From positions 8,639-72,638 of the forward strand of contig CAYPSQ010000002.1 of the NCBI GenBank assembly GCA_964413115.1: a stretch of 64,000 nt of DNA, read 5' to 3'. This DNA is from an uncultured Rhizobiaceae bacterium (GTDB lineage Bacteria > Pseudomonadota > Alphaproteobacteria > UBA828). This document shows, piece by piece, positions 8,069-18,563 of the stretch. The position numbers and the translations under genes were made by a program. The notes beneath the pieces were generated by a model. That model worked only from the letters and a program-made list of their open reading frames with translations. It had not been told where the DNA came from and made no database searches. The stretch's first letter is position 1, and every line of letters begins with the position of its first letter.

Positions 8069-11000
8069 ATGCATCTGCTGGCGGCGCAACCGGGCGGCAT
8101 TGCCGATGGCAATGCGGCGGTCGATCTCGGTCAGAGTCCGGGCGATATCGTTTTCGCTTCCGCCGCCGACACTGAACTTGCTTGCCTGGCGCGCGCCCAC
8201 GCCTCTCTCGGCGATGCCGCTCCCAGCCTGCGCCTCGCCAATTTGATGAATCTCGGCCACAATTTGTCGGTCGATAATTGGCTGGACGCCACGGTCTCCG
8301 GCGCGCGTCTAGTGATCGTCCGCGTGCTCGGCGGGGAGAGTTATTGGCCCTATGGCGTCGAGCGTCTGGCGCAGCTGTGTCGCGACCAGAATATCGCCCT
8401 GGCACTCCTGCCCGGCGACGACAAGCCGGATAGTGAGCTCGCCCGGCGGGCCACCCTGCCGCCGGAAGCGTGTGAGCGGCTGTGGCGCTATTGCGTCCAT
8501 GGCGGCCTGGAGAACGCCACCGAATGCCTGCGCTATATCGCCGATCTAATCGGTGACACCACCCAGTGGCGCGAACCGGCGCCATTGGCCCGTGCCGGGC
8601 TTTATCGGACAGGCGCACGGCAGGTTGATCTCGACGAAATCGCGGCGGCGCAAAGGCGCGAGGATCGCCCATTCGCGCTGGTGCTGTTTTACCGCGCCCT
8701 GGTTCAAGCGGCGGACACCGCGCCAATTGATGATCTACTCGCGGCGCTCGAACAAAATGGGCTGGCCGCCGTTGGGTTGTTCGTTTCCAGCCTCAAAGAT
8801 CCACCCTCGGCGCGTTTTGTCGAAAGCGTGCTCGACGCATCGCGGCCCGACATCATCCTCAATGCCACCGGCTTCTCGGTGTCGCGCCCCGGCGTGATCG
8901 AAGCGAGCCCGCTCGACCGCGCGGGCGTGCCGGTCCTGCAAGTGGTGTTGGCGGGTGGCACCGAAGCCGCCTGGGTGGCGGGTACGCGCGGGCTCTCGGC
9001 GCGCGATATCGCGATGAATGTCGCCCTCCCCGAAGTCGATGGCCGCATCCTAACCCGTGCAGTATCGTTCAAGAGCGAACGCAGTTTTGATGCCGCGACC
9101 GAATGCGGCATTGTCGCCCACATGCCGCGCGCCGACCGCATCGATTTTGTCGCCCAGCTGGCGAAGAATTGGGCTCGCCTGGCCAGGACCGCCGCAAGCG
9201 AGCGCCGCGTCTGTGTGGTACTGGCCAACTATCCCAACAAAGACGGCCGTATCGGCAACGGCGTGGGCCTCGACACGCCGGCGAGCGCGGTGCGCTTACT
9301 CGCCGCCCTGCAGGCAGAAGGCTACAGTTTGGATGGGCTCCCCGCTGACGGTGCGGCGCTGATGGCAGCGCTGCAGGCCGGCCCGACCAACGCCCTATCG
9401 ACTTATGCTAAATCGACCGGCGGCGCGCGTTTCAGTCTGGACGACTATCAGGATTTTCTCTCGGGTTTGGACAGCCATGCAAGGTTGCGCGTCGCCGAAC
9501 GTTGGGGCGCGGCAGAATCCGATCCTTTCTTTCGCCCGGAGTATAATTCCTTCGTCCTACCGGTGCTGTCGTTCGGCAATGTGATCGTGGCGATCCAGCC
9601 GGCGCGTGGCTACAACATTGATCCCGCCGCCAGCTATCACGACTCCGACTTGCCGCCGCCGCACGGTTATCTTGCGTTCTATGCCTGGCTGCGCCGCGCG
9701 TTCGATGCCCATGCCGTGCTCCATCTCGGTAAGCATGGCAACCTCGAATGGTTGCCGGGTAAGGCTTTGGCGCTTTCCGCCGCCTGCTTCCCCGAAGCAG
9801 CGCTCGGGCCCCTGCCACATATCTATCCGTTTATCGTCAACGATCCGGGCGAAGGCAGCCAGGCCAAGCGGCGCAGCGCCGCGGTGATCATCGATCACCT
9901 GACACCGCCTCTCAGCCGCGCCGAAAGCTACGGGCCGTTGCGTGAATTAGAAGCGATGGTCGATGAATATTATGAGGCCAGCCAACTGGACCCGCGGCGC
10001 TGTCCACCCCTGGCCGAGCGTATCCTGGAGTTGGCGCGCAGCGAAGGCATCGATTTGGATTGCGGTATCGCACCCGATGATGGCCGCGCACAAGCCTTGA
10101 CCAAGCTCGATGGCTATATGTGCGAACTGAAGGAAATGCAGATTCGCAACGGCTTGCATATTTTTGGCGCGGCACCGGAAGGCGGGTTGCGCAGTGATCT
10201 GCTGTTGGCGATTGCGCGGAGCCCGCGCGGCACCAGCGCCGGCGACGCGTCATTGACGCGCGCCCTGGCCGCCGATCTCCGTCTTGATTTCGATCCGCTC
10301 GATTGCGACATGGCGGCGCCCTGGGACGGCGCGCGCCCGGACGCGCTGGCCGGTCCCGATGCATGGCGCAGCCATGGCGATAGCGTTGAGCGGCTGGAAG
10401 CGCTGGCACTTGCGTTGATTGCCGGTGAGCGTGTGGTGGAAGCGAATTGGTCGCGTACACATGATGTGTTGCAGGAAGTGCGCGAGCGCATCGCGCCGGC
10501 CCTAGATGCCAGTGGCGTAGGGGAGATTGCAGGTGTGGCGCTCGGCCTTGCCGGGCGCTTCGTGCGGCCGGGGCCGTCCGGCGCGCCGAGCCGCGGCCGA
10601 CCCGAGGTTCTGCCCACCGGGCGCAATTTCTATTCGCTCGATAGCCGCTCCGTGCCGACGCCGGCGGCCTGGCAATTGGGCTGGAAATCGGCTCAGCGTC
10701 TGGTCGAATATCATGCCCAACGACACGGCGATTGGCCAAGGCGCATGGCGCTCAGCGCTTGGGGCACCTCCAACATGCGCACCGGCGGTGATGATATTGC
10801 GCAAGCTCTGGCGCTGCTCGGCGTACGGCCGCGATGGGATGCCGCGAGCGGGCGGGTGATCGGTTTTGAAATCCTGCCGCTCTCGCTCATTGACCGCCCG
10901 CGCGTCGACGTGACCCTGCGCATTTCAGGATTCTTCCGCGATGCGTTTCCTGCCTTGATCGATCTCTTCGATTCGGCGGTCCGCGCCGTGGCGGCGCTGG

Positions 11001-11821
11001 AGGAAAGCGCCGAAGACAATCCACTCGCCGCCGATGTGAAGCGCGAAACATCAGCCTTGGTGGCGGCCGGGGAATCCTCGGAAGACGCGGCGCGCCGGGC
11101 CGGCTGGCGCGTATTCGGCTCCAAGCCGGGCGCCTATGGCGCTGGCTTGCAGGCTTTAATTGACGAAGGGGGCTGGCAGGGACCGGAGGATTTGGCCGAT
11201 GCCTATCTCGCTTGGGGAGGCTGGGCCTATGGTGCTGGCCGCGAAGGCGTAGCCGGGCGCGCCGATTTTGAGCGCCGCCTGAGCGCCGTCGAGGTGGTGG
11301 TGCAAAACCAAGACAACCGGGAGCATGACCTCTTGGACAGCGACGATTATTATCAATTCGAAGGCGGCCTCGCGGCGGCGGTGACGGCGCTCTCGGGGCG
11401 TGCCCCAGCGAGCTATCACAACGATCATTCGCTGCCCGAGAACCCAAAAATCCGCACCCTCGAAGAGGAGATCGGCCGCGTCGTGCGCGCCCGCGCGGTT
11501 AATCCCAAATGGCTCGCCGGCGTGATGCGGCACGGCTACAAAGGCGCCTTCGAAATCGCCGCCACGGTGGATTATTTGTTCGCCTTCGCCGCCACCACGG
11601 GCGCGGTCAAGGATCACCATTTGGATGCCGTGTTCGATGCCTATATCGCCGACGACAATGTGCGCGAATTCATGGCCAGCGCCAATCCGGCGGCTCTGGC
11701 GGAGACGGCGGCACGGCTCGGCGAAGCGCTCCGCCGCGGTCTGTGGAAGCCGCGGTCCAACCGTGCGCATGATCTCTTGAGCAGTTTGAGCCAAGCGACA
11801 TATGGGGAGGCAGCGCAATGA
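8069..11821 (+). CDS. cobN: Cobaltochelatase large subunit CobN
   Basis: 1250 aa with end-to-end CobN family similarity. Confidence 0.92.
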   Translation: MHLLAAQPGGIADGNAAVDLGQSPGDIVFASAADTELACLARAHASLGDAAPSLRLANLMNLGHNLSVDNWLDATVSGARLVIVRVLGGESYWPYGVERLAQLCRDQNIALALLPGDDKPDSELARRATLPPEACERLWRYCVHGGLENATECLRYIADLIGDTTQWREPAPLARAGLYRTGARQVDLDEIAAAQRREDRPFALVLFYRALVQAADTAPIDDLLAALEQNGLAAVGLFVSSLKDPPSARFVESVLDASRPDIILNATGFSVSRPGVIEASPLDRAGVPVLQVVLAGGTEAAWVAGTRGLSARDIAMNVALPEVDGRILTRAVSFKSERSFDAATECGIVAHMPRADRIDFVAQLAKNWARLARTAASERRVCVVLANYPNKDGRIGNGVGLDTPASAVRLLAALQAEGYSLDGLPADGAALMAALQAGPTNALSTYAKSTGGARFSLDDYQDFLSGLDSHARLRVAERWGAAESDPFFRPEYNSFVLPVLSFGNVIVAIQPARGYNIDPAASYHDSDLPPPHGYLAFYAWLRRAFDAHAVLHLGKHGNLEWLPGKALALSAACFPEAALGPLPHIYPFIVNDPGEGSQAKRRSAAVIIDHLTPPLSRAESYGPLRELEAMVDEYYEASQLDPRRCPPLAERILELARSEGIDLDCGIAPDDGRAQALTKLDGYMCELKEMQIRNGLHIFGAAPEGGLRSDLLLAIARSPRGTSAGDASLTRALAADLRLDFDPLDCDMAAPWDGARPDALAGPDAWRSHGDSVERLEALALALIAGERVVEANWSRTHDVLQEVRERIAPALDASGVGEIAGVALGLAGRFVRPGPSGAPSRGRPEVLPTGRNFYSLDSRSVPTPAAWQLGWKSAQRLVEYHAQRHGDWPRRMALSAWGTSNMRTGGDDIAQALALLGVRPRWDAASGRVIGFEILPLSLIDRPRVDVTLRISGFFRDAFPALIDLFDSAVRAVAALEESAEDNPLAADVKRETSALVAAGESSEDAARRAGWRVFGSKPGAYGAGLQALIDEGGWQGPEDLADAYLAWGGWAYGAGREGVAGRADFERRLSAVEVVVQNQDNREHDLLDSDDYYQFEGGLAAAVTALSGRAPASYHNDHSLPENPKIRTLEEEIGRVVRARAVNPKWLAGVMRHGYKGAFEIAATVDYLFAFAATTGAVKDHHLDAVFDAYIADDNVREFMASANPAALAETAARLGEALRRGLWKPRSNRAHDLLSSLSQATYGEAAQ

Positions 11822-12444
11822 GCGCGAAAAAACAAATGACCGAGGCCGAGCGCGACAGCCATCACGCTGACCGAATGGCCAAGCGCAAGGCCGCGCGCGA
11901 TCGCATGTTGGCCACCAAGAACAAAGAAAAGGGCCTCTTAATGGTCCATACCGGCAAGGGCAAAGGCAAATCGACGGCGGCGTTCGGTCTTGTCATACGT
12001 GCCATGGGCAATGGCATGCGGGTCGGGGTGGTACAATTCGTCAAAGGTAAATGGCAAACCGGCGAGCGCGACATTCTCGAAAATTTTCCCGACCGCGTGA
12101 CAATCCGCACCATGGGTGAGGGCTTTACTTGGGATACCCAGGACCGCCAACGCGACATCGCCGCCGCCAAGGCGGCGTGGCAAGTCTCGTGCGAGATGAT
12201 AGCCGATGAAAGCTACGATCTCATCCTGCTCGACGAACTCAACATCGTGCTGCGCTACGATTATTTGCCGCTGGCAGAGATCGTGCAAGCGCTCGATGCG
12301 CGGCGCGACGGCCTCCATGTTGTCGTTACTGGGCGCAACGCCAAGGATGAATTGATCGAGGCCGCCGATCTAGTGACCGAGATGCTGGAGGTCAAACATC
12401 ACTTCAAGGCCGGCGTGAAAGCGCAGACCGGTATCGAATTTTGA
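11818..12444 (+). CDS. cobO: Cob(I)yrinic acid a,c-diamide adenosyltransferase
   Basis: [36 protein letters not shown]-loop, characteristic of CobO/BtuR. Confidence 0.9.
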   Translation: MSAKKQMTEAERDSHHADRMAKRKAARDRMLATKNKEKGLLMVHTGKGKGKSTAAFGLVIRAMGNGMRVGVVQFVKGKWQTGERDILENFPDRVTIRTMGEGFTWDTQDRQRDIAAAKAAWQVSCEMIADESYDLILLDELNIVLRYDYLPLAEIVQALDARRDGLHVVVTGRNAKDELIEAADLVTEMLEVKHHFKAGVKAQTGIEF

Positions 12445-12451
12445 AACGCTG

Positions 12452-13936
12452 ATGACGGCGCGCACCCCCTCACTCATGCTGCAGGGCACCGGCTCCCATG
12501 TTGGCAAATCGCTGCTGGTGGCTGGTCTCTGCCGCGCTTTTGCCACGCGCGGCCTGGCTGTGCGCCCGTTCAAGGCGCAGAATATGTCGAACAATGCGGC
12601 GGTGACGGAATCGGGCGCCGAGATTGGCCGCGCTCAGGCGTTGCAGGCGCGCGCCGCCGGCGTTCCGCCTACTAGCGATATGAACCCGGTGCTACTCAAA
12701 CCAGAAAGCGAAACCGGCGCCCAGATTATTGTCCAGGGCAAGGTCAGCGGCAAGGCCGATGCGCGCGCCTACCATGCACTGAAACCCCGCCTCATGCCGG
12801 CCGTGCTGGAAAGTTTTGAGCGCCTTTCGCGTGAGGCTGATATCGTGCTGGTGGAAGGCGCCGGCAGCCCGGCGGAAGTCAATCTCCGCAAGGGCGATAT
12901 CGCCAATATGGGCTTCGCCTTGGCGGCAGAGGTGCCCGTCGTGCTGATCGGCGATATCGAGCGCGGCGGCGTCATCGCCAGCCTGATCGGCACGGCGGCC
13001 TTGCTCGAAGCCGATGAGCGCGCGTTGGTGAAAGGATTTACGATCAACAAATTCCGCGGTGATCCCAGTCTTTTCGACGATGCCGTGCCGGTGATCGAAG
13101 CGGGCCTCAGCGCGCCTTGTCTCGGCATTGTACCCTATTTCGAAGCGGCCTGCATGCTACCGGCGGAGGATGCGGTCAGCCTCGACGGCGCCGGCACACG
13201 GCTTGCGCTGGGCGGCGCGCGCGCCATTCGCATTGCCGTGCCGCGCCTCGCGCGGATCGCCAATTTCGACGATCTCGATCCTTTGCGCGCCGAGCCCGAT
13301 GTCGATTTGGTGATTGTCGAGCCCGGTCGGGCGCTGCCGGGCGATGCCGATTTGGTGCTGCTGCCGGGCTCCAAATCGACACGCGCCGATCTGGCGCAGC
13401 TCCGCGCTCAGGGTTGGGATATTGACATCCAGGCGCATCTTCGGCGCGGCGGCAGTTTGTTGGGCCTCTGTGGTGGCTATCAAATGCTCGGCCGCAGCAT
13501 CGCCGATCCCAACGGCGTCGAGGGCACGGCCGGATCGTCCGAAGGGCTCGGCTATTTGGATGTAACAACCGAACTGGCAGGCGAGAAGCGCCTCGAAGCC
13601 GTAGCCGGATGCGAGCTTGAAAGTGGTGAAGCGGTGCGCGGTTATGAAATGCATATGGGCGCGACCGCAGGGCCTGACCGGGCGCGCCCGATGCTCGAGC
13701 TGGCGCACGGTCAGGAAGGTGCGCGCTCCCGGGACGGCAAAGTTTCGGGCAGTTATGTCCATGGCCTGTTCGTCGCCAATGGCTTCCGCCATGCCTTCCT
13801 GAGCCGTCTCGCGCAACGCCAGCGCAGCGGCATCGATTGGGAATCAAGCGTTGAACAGACGCTCGACGCGCTGGTCCGTCATCTCGAAAACGCGCTCGAT
13901 CTCGACCGTCTGTTGGAGATTGCCCGTGCCAGGTGA
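12452..13936 (+). CDS. cobQ: Cobyric acid synthase
   Basis: N-terminal [16 protein letters not shown]-binding domain and C-terminal glutamine amidotransferase domain. 494 aa. Confidence 0.9.
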   Translation: MTARTPSLMLQGTGSHVGKSLLVAGLCRAFATRGLAVRPFKAQNMSNNAAVTESGAEIGRAQALQARAAGVPPTSDMNPVLLKPESETGAQIIVQGKVSGKADARAYHALKPRLMPAVLESFERLSREADIVLVEGAGSPAEVNLRKGDIANMGFALAAEVPVVLIGDIERGGVIASLIGTAALLEADERALVKGFTINKFRGDPSLFDDAVPVIEAGLSAPCLGIVPYFEAACMLPAEDAVSLDGAGTRLALGGARAIRIAVPRLARIANFDDLDPLRAEPDVDLVIVEPGRALPGDADLVLLPGSKSTRADLAQLRAQGWDIDIQAHLRRGGSLLGLCGGYQMLGRSIADPNGVEGTAGSSEGLGYLDVTTELAGEKRLEAVAGCELESGEAVRGYEMHMGATAGPDRARPMLELAHGQEGARSRDGKVSGSYVHGLFVANGFRHAFLSRLAQRQRSGIDWESSVEQTLDALVRHLENALDLDRLLEIARAR

Positions 13937-13943
13937 CACCAAA

Positions 13944-14972
13944 TCAGCGCGCCTGGATCAGCAACGCGATCAACGCCACCAGTGCGGCCGCCAAAAAGCA
14001 GGCCACAGCAAAGAGCGCCAGCATGCGGCGGATATCGCTGAGTGTGGCGCGGGTGCGCCCGTCGCCCAGCCAGTCAGCCTTGGCGTCGCCGCCGGCATAG
14101 CGCCTGGGCCCGAGCAGCACCAGGTCGAGCGCGCCGGCGCTCGCCGCTTCGGGCCAGCCGGCATTGGGCGAGATATGCTTGCCCGCATCACGCAGCATGA
14201 TGCGCAGCGCTTTGCTAGGTGCGGCGCCCGGCACGAAGAGCGCGGCGCACACAATCAGCGCGCCGGATATTCGCGCCGGCAGCCAGTTCAGCGCATCGTC
14301 AAGGCGCGCGGCGACCATGCCGAACGCCGCATAGCGCTCGTTCCTATGGCCGATCATGCTGTCCATGGTATTGACCGCCTTATAGGCCATCAGACCCGGC
14401 AGGCCGAGCAGGAGATACCAAAAAATTGGCGCGATGATGCCGTCGGAATAGCTTTCGGCGCAGCTCTCAATGGCCGCGCGGGCGACGCCAGGCTCGTCGA
14501 GTTCAGCGGTCTCGCGGCCGACGATCTCGGCAACTGCTTTGCGCCCGCCCGCCACGCCGTCGTGCTTGAGGGCCCGGATAACACGAACGGTGTGGCTCAC
14601 CATGCCGCGCTGGGCGACCAGCAAGGTCACCAGCGCCAGTTCGCCAATCCAGCCAAACGGCAGCGCGCCAATGAAATTGGCCACCGCCCATCCCGCCAGC
14701 GCACTCAAGGCCAGGACCGCGAGCACCGCCAACAGGCCGCGCATGATGCGTTCTCCGGCGCCGCGTTTGGCGTGGTTGAGGCGGGCGTCGAGAAACGCCG
14801 TGGTGGCGCCCATCAGGCGTACCGGATGGGGCAACCAGCGCGGATCGCCGATCAGCCAATCGAGGGCGAGCGCGATCAACAGCAATATGGCACCGCCCGG
14901 CCCCACCGCCCAATCGAGGCCGGCCAACGAAGGCAGCTGCCAAATACCCCAAATATCCGCAGCGAATTCCAT
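13944..14972 (-). CDS. cobD: Adenosylcobinamide-phosphate synthase (CobD/CbiB), membrane protein
   Basis: ALDWLIGDPRWLPHPVRLMG motif and multi-TM topology. Start at MEFAADIW (14972) preferred. The ORF track extends to 14999. Confidence 0.85.
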   Translation of the reverse strand: MEFAADIWGIWQLPSLAGLDWAVGPGGAILLLIALALDWLIGDPRWLPHPVRLMGATTAFLDARLNHAKRGAGERIMRGLLAVLAVLALSALAGWAVANFIGALPFGWIGELALVTLLVAQRGMVSHTVRVIRALKHDGVAGGRKAVAEIVGRETAELDEPGVARAAIESCAESYSDGIIAPIFWYLLLGLPGLMAYKAVNTMDSMIGHRNERYAAFGMVAARLDDALNWLPARISGALIVCAALFVPGAAPSKALRIMLRDAGKHISPNAGWPEAASAGALDLVLLGPRRYAGGDAKADWLGDGRTRATLSDIRRMLALFAVACFLAAALVALIALLIQAR

Positions 14973-15031
14973 GGCGCGAGCATGGGTGCGCGATCCCAAA
15001 CCGTCAACGCAACAAAGAAAAGAGCAACGAA

Positions 15032-15988
15032 ATGACTCAACCCGCCATTCTGTTATGCGGCCACGGCAGCCGTGACGTACAGGCGATCTCGGAATTCGAG
15101 GCGCTGGCCGGACATATATCCCGCCATTTGCCGGGGCGCCGGGTGGTGCATGGCTTTCTCGAATTCGCGCGACCGACGATTGGCGAACGGCTCGACGATC
15201 TGCGCGCCGCGGGCGCCAGCGACGTGCTCGCCGTGCCCGGCATGCTGTTCGCCGCCGGCCATGCCAAGAACGATATACCGTCCGTGCTCAACGACTATGC
15301 CGCCCGCCATGATGGTTTCTCGATTCGCTATGGCCGCGACCTGGCGATTGATCTCAAGCTGTTGAGCGCCGCGCGCGAACGCATTGCCGCAGCTGAAGCC
15401 AGTGTTGAGGCCGAGGCCGGCGACGGGATTTTCCGCGCCGACACTCTGCTGATGGTCGTCGGGCGCGGCACCAACGATCCGGACGCCAATTCCAACATTT
15501 CCAAGGTCACCCGCATGCTGTGGGAAGGCATGGGTTTCGGCTGGGCCGAGACCTGCTATTCCGGCGTTACCCAACCGCTGGTTGCGGATGCACTCAGCCG
15601 CGTCGTCGGCCTGGGCTTCAAGCGCATCCTCGTCTTTCCCTATTTTCTCTTCACCGGCGTTCTGGTGAAGCGCATCTACGCCGCCGCCGATGCGCTGGCC
15701 GAACAACATCCCGATATTGAAATCGTCAAGGCGAGCTATCTCAACGATCACCCGTTGGTGATTGATTCCTTTCTCGAGCGCCTCGATGAAATTCCGCGGG
15801 GGGACAATCTGATGAACTGCCAATTGTGCAAATACCGCGAGCAGATCATCGGCTATGAGCAGGATCAAGGCGCGGCGCAGGTCGGCCACCACCATCATGT
15901 CGAAGGCATCGGCACGGATGGTGACCAGGCCGACCATGCGCACGGCCACGACCATCACCACAGTCACGTCCCGGACAAACATGAATGA
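15032..15988 (+). CDS. cbiX: CbiX long-form sirohydrochlorin cobaltochelatase family protein, with MxCxxC Fe-S motif and His-rich C-terminal tail
   Basis: Class II chelatase N-terminus LLCGHGSRD. MNCQLCKY (MxCxxC) at 15812-15829. C-terminal HHHHVEGIGTDGDQADHAHGHDHHHSH tract. Confidence 0.8.
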   Translation: MTQPAILLCGHGSRDVQAISEFEALAGHISRHLPGRRVVHGFLEFARPTIGERLDDLRAAGASDVLAVPGMLFAAGHAKNDIPSVLNDYAARHDGFSIRYGRDLAIDLKLLSAARERIAAAEASVEAEAGDGIFRADTLLMVVGRGTNDPDANSNISKVTRMLWEGMGFGWAETCYSGVTQPLVADALSRVVGLGFKRILVFPYFLFTGVLVKRIYAAADALAEQHPDIEIVKASYLNDHPLVIDSFLERLDEIPRGDNLMNCQLCKYREQIIGYEQDQGAAQVGHHHHVEGIGTDGDQADHAHGHDHHHSHVPDKHE

Positions 15989-16613
15989 CTATGTCCGCGA
16001 CCCGGCGGAGATCACGCGGCTGTCCTTCGCCACCATCCGGCGCGAGGCCGATCTCTCGGCCCTGCCCGAGGATATCGTGCCGATGGCGCTCAGAATGATT
16101 CATGCCTGCGGCATGGTCGATGTGCCCGCCGATTTGGCGTTCTCAAAGGGAGCGGGAGCGGCCGGCCGAGCGGCGTTGGCAGCCGGCGCGCCGATCCTCA
16201 CCGATGTGAACATGGTGGCCCACGGCATCGCTGCCCGGCGCCTTCCGGCAGCAAACAAAGTGATCTGCCTGCTGTATGAAGCCGGCGTTCCGGATCGCGC
16301 GCGCGCTTCCGGCATGACACGCTCGGCGGCGGCGGTCGAATTATGGCGCCCGATGTTAGCCGGCGCGGTCGTCGCCATCGGTAACGCGCCGACGGCGCTG
16401 TTCCGCCTGTTGGAACTATTGGCAGAGCAGGCGGCGCGGCCGGCCCTGGTGATCGCCACACCGCCTGGCTTCATCGGCGCCAAAGAATCGAAAGAAGCGC
16501 TGATCGCAAATGCATTTGGCGTGCCTTATCTCGCACTGTGTGGTCGCCGCGGTGGCAGCGCGCTCGCCGCCGCCGCCGTCAATGCGCTGGCAATCGAAGA
16601 GGAGATGGCATGA
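15981..16613 (+). CDS. cobH: Precorrin-8X methylmutase
   Basis: MNDYVRDPAEITRLSFATIRRE CobH/CbiC N-terminus. 210 aa. 8-nt overlap (ATGAATGA) with cbiX. The 15855 ORF-track start is rejected. Confidence 0.88.
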   Translation: MNDYVRDPAEITRLSFATIRREADLSALPEDIVPMALRMIHACGMVDVPADLAFSKGAGAAGRAALAAGAPILTDVNMVAHGIAARRLPAANKVICLLYEAGVPDRARASGMTRSAAAVELWRPMLAGAVVAIGNAPTALFRLLELLAEQAARPALVIATPPGFIGAKESKEALIANAFGVPYLALCGRRGGSALAAAAVNALAIEEEMA

Positions 16614-17824
16614 CCGTATCGACTCCCTGGCTGATCGTCATCGGGCTCGGCGAAGACGGCCTCGACGCTTTGCCGGCGGCGTTCCGCGCCTTGGTGGATA
16701 GCGCCGAAGTACTGCTTGGCGGCGAACGCCATATCGCCATGGTCCCGGATAGCGTCGCCGAACGCCTGACCTGGCGCACGCCGCTGGTCGACAGTATGGC
16801 CGATATCGAAGCCCATCGCGGCAAACGCGTGGTCGTGTTGGCGACCGGCGATCCCATGCATTACGGTATCGGTGTGACTCTGGCGCGCCATTTTGCGCCC
16901 GAAGAGATGCTGATCCTGCCCACCGCCGGCGCGCTCAGCCTGGTCTGTGCCCGCCTTCGGTGGCCGGTGGCGGAAGTCGAATGCCTGACGCTGCATGGCC
17001 GGCCGCTCGAGACCTTGCGCGCCTATCTCGCGCCTGGCCACCGCCTGGTGATTCTGTCGCAGGACGGCACCACGCCGGCCGCCGTTGCGGCCGAACTTGT
17101 CGCTGCCGGCTACGGCGCCAGCGAGATCAGCGTGTTTGAGCATATGGTCGGCGACAAGGAACGCCGGCTCGACGGGCGCGCCGACGGCTGGCCGGCGCAG
17201 AAAACCGCTGATCTCAACAGCATTGCCGTTACTTGCCGGGGCGGCAGCCGGGCCAAGCGCTATTTTGGTGCCCCGGGTCTGCGCGACCGCGCCTTCGAAA
17301 ATGACGGCCAACTCACCAAGCGCGAAGTGCGGGCGCTTACCCTGAGCGCGCTGGCGCCCTCGCCCGGTGCAATGCTGTGGGATATCGGCGCGGGTGCCGG
17401 TTCGATCGCGATCGAGTGGATGCTGGGCGCGCGCGGCGCCGAGGCCATCGCTATCGAGCGCGATGCTGAGCGCGTGGCGCGCATCGCCCGCAATGCGACG
17501 GCGCTCGGCGTACTCGGCCTCAAGCCCGTGCATGGCGACGCCCCCGACGCGACGGAATTGCTGCCGCCGCCCGACGCGATCTTCATCGGCGGCGGCTTGA
17601 CCGTCCCGGGAATGGTCGAGACATGCTGGGCACGGCTCAAGCCGGGCGGGCGGTTGGTGGCCAACGCCGTCACTCTTGAAAGCGAGGCGCTGCTTGTCCG
17701 CTGGCGCGAAGAGTTCGGCGGCAACATGGTGCACATCAATATCTCGCGCGCCAAGGGCGTTGGAACCCGCACGCTATGGCGCCCGCTGACGCCGGTGACG
17801 CAATGGGCCGCGATCAAGGATTGA
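16610..17824 (+). CDS. cobL: Precorrin-6Y C5,15-methyltransferase (decarboxylating), CbiE/CbiT-like fusion
   Basis: MTVSTPWLIVIGLGEDG start. Two methyltransferase halves. ATGA overlap with cobH stop. Confidence 0.88.
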   Translation: MTVSTPWLIVIGLGEDGLDALPAAFRALVDSAEVLLGGERHIAMVPDSVAERLTWRTPLVDSMADIEAHRGKRVVVLATGDPMHYGIGVTLARHFAPEEMLILPTAGALSLVCARLRWPVAEVECLTLHGRPLETLRAYLAPGHRLVILSQDGTTPAAVAAELVAAGYGASEISVFEHMVGDKERRLDGRADGWPAQKTADLNSIAVTCRGGSRAKRYFGAPGLRDRAFENDGQLTKREVRALTLSALAPSPGAMLWDIGAGAGSIAIEWMLGARGAEAIAIERDAERVARIARNATALGVLGLKPVHGDAPDATELLPPPDAIFIGGGLTVPGMVETCWARLKPGGRLVANAVTLESEALLVRWREEFGGNMVHINISRAKGVGTRTLWRPLTPVTQWAAIKD

Positions 17825-17843
17825 GAAATGAAAGACGGCCAAC

Positions 17844-18563
17844 ATGAGTGACGGTAAGAACCGGCGCGGCACGTTATATGGGCTCGGCGTCGGGCCGGGC
17901 GATCCGGAATTGCTGACCCTGAAAGCACTCCGTATCTTGCGCGCGGCGCCGGTGCTGGCCTATCCGGCGCCGATCGAGGGTGACAGCATGGCGCGCGCTA
18001 TCGCCGCGCCGCACATGCCGGGTGGCCAAACCGAAATAGCCATCCGCATGCCCCTCGACGCAGCGCGTTTTCCGGCGGAAGAAGTTTACGCCGCTGCGGC
18101 GCAGGACATCGCCGGTCATCTTGATTCCGGGCGCGATGTCGCGGCGCTGTGCGAGGGCGATCCGTTTTTCTACGGCTCCTTCATGTATCTGTTTGCGCGC
18201 CTGGCCGAAGCGCACCACATCGAGGTGGTGCCGGGTGTATCCTCGCCGATGGCTTGCGCGGCGGCCTTGGGTATGCCGCTCGCCGCGCGCAACGACGTGC
18301 TAAGCGTATTGCCCGCGCCGCTCGCGGAGGAACTTTTGAAGGCACGGCTTGAAGCCTGCGATGCTGCCGCCATCGTTAAGGTCGGGCGACATATCGCCAA
18401 GGTGCGCCGCCTGCTGAAGGAGCTCGGCCTCGAGTCACGCGCGCGCTATATCGAGCGTGCCAGCCTCGTCGCTGAGCGCATCCTGCCGCTGTCCGAGGCC
18501 GCGGATCCAGCGCCTTATTTTTCCATGATTTTGGTGCATCATCGCGGCGAGGCATGGTCATGA
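17844..18563 (+). CDS. cobI: Precorrin-2 C20-methyltransferase
   Basis: LYGLGVGPGDPELLTLKA class III tetrapyrrole methylase motif. 239 aa. Confidence 0.88.
   Translation: MSDGKNRRGTLYGLGVGPGDPELLTLKALRILRAAPVLAYPAPIEGDSMARAIAAPHMPGGQTEIAIRMPLDAARFPAEEVYAAAAQDIAGHLDSGRDVAALCEGDPFFYGSFMYLFARLAEAHHIEVVPGVSSPMACAAALGMPLAARNDVLSVLPAPLAEELLKARLEACDAAAIVKVGRHIAKVRRLLKELGLESRARYIERASLVAERILPLSEAADPAPYFSMILVHHRGEAWS

Noticed and set aside
8055-11818. Numerous long antisense or out-of-frame ORFs inside cobN (for example 8055-8726, 9912-10739, 10887-11447, 11156-11818). Similar ones occur inside cobQ (13157-13847), cobD (14470-15075), cbiX (15053-15982), cobL (16526-17734), cbiG-cobJ (18376-19261) and elsewhere.
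   Set aside because: High-GC DNA produces long stop-free antisense frames. The translations are Arg/Ala/Pro-rich, lack any family signature, and overlap strongly supported genes, so they are treated as artefacts.
15855-15980. N-terminal extension of cobH (ORF-track start 15855), lying inside cbiX.
   Set aside because: CobH family N-terminus is MNDYVRDPAEITR at 15981. The extension is an alternative frame of the cbiX His-rich tail.
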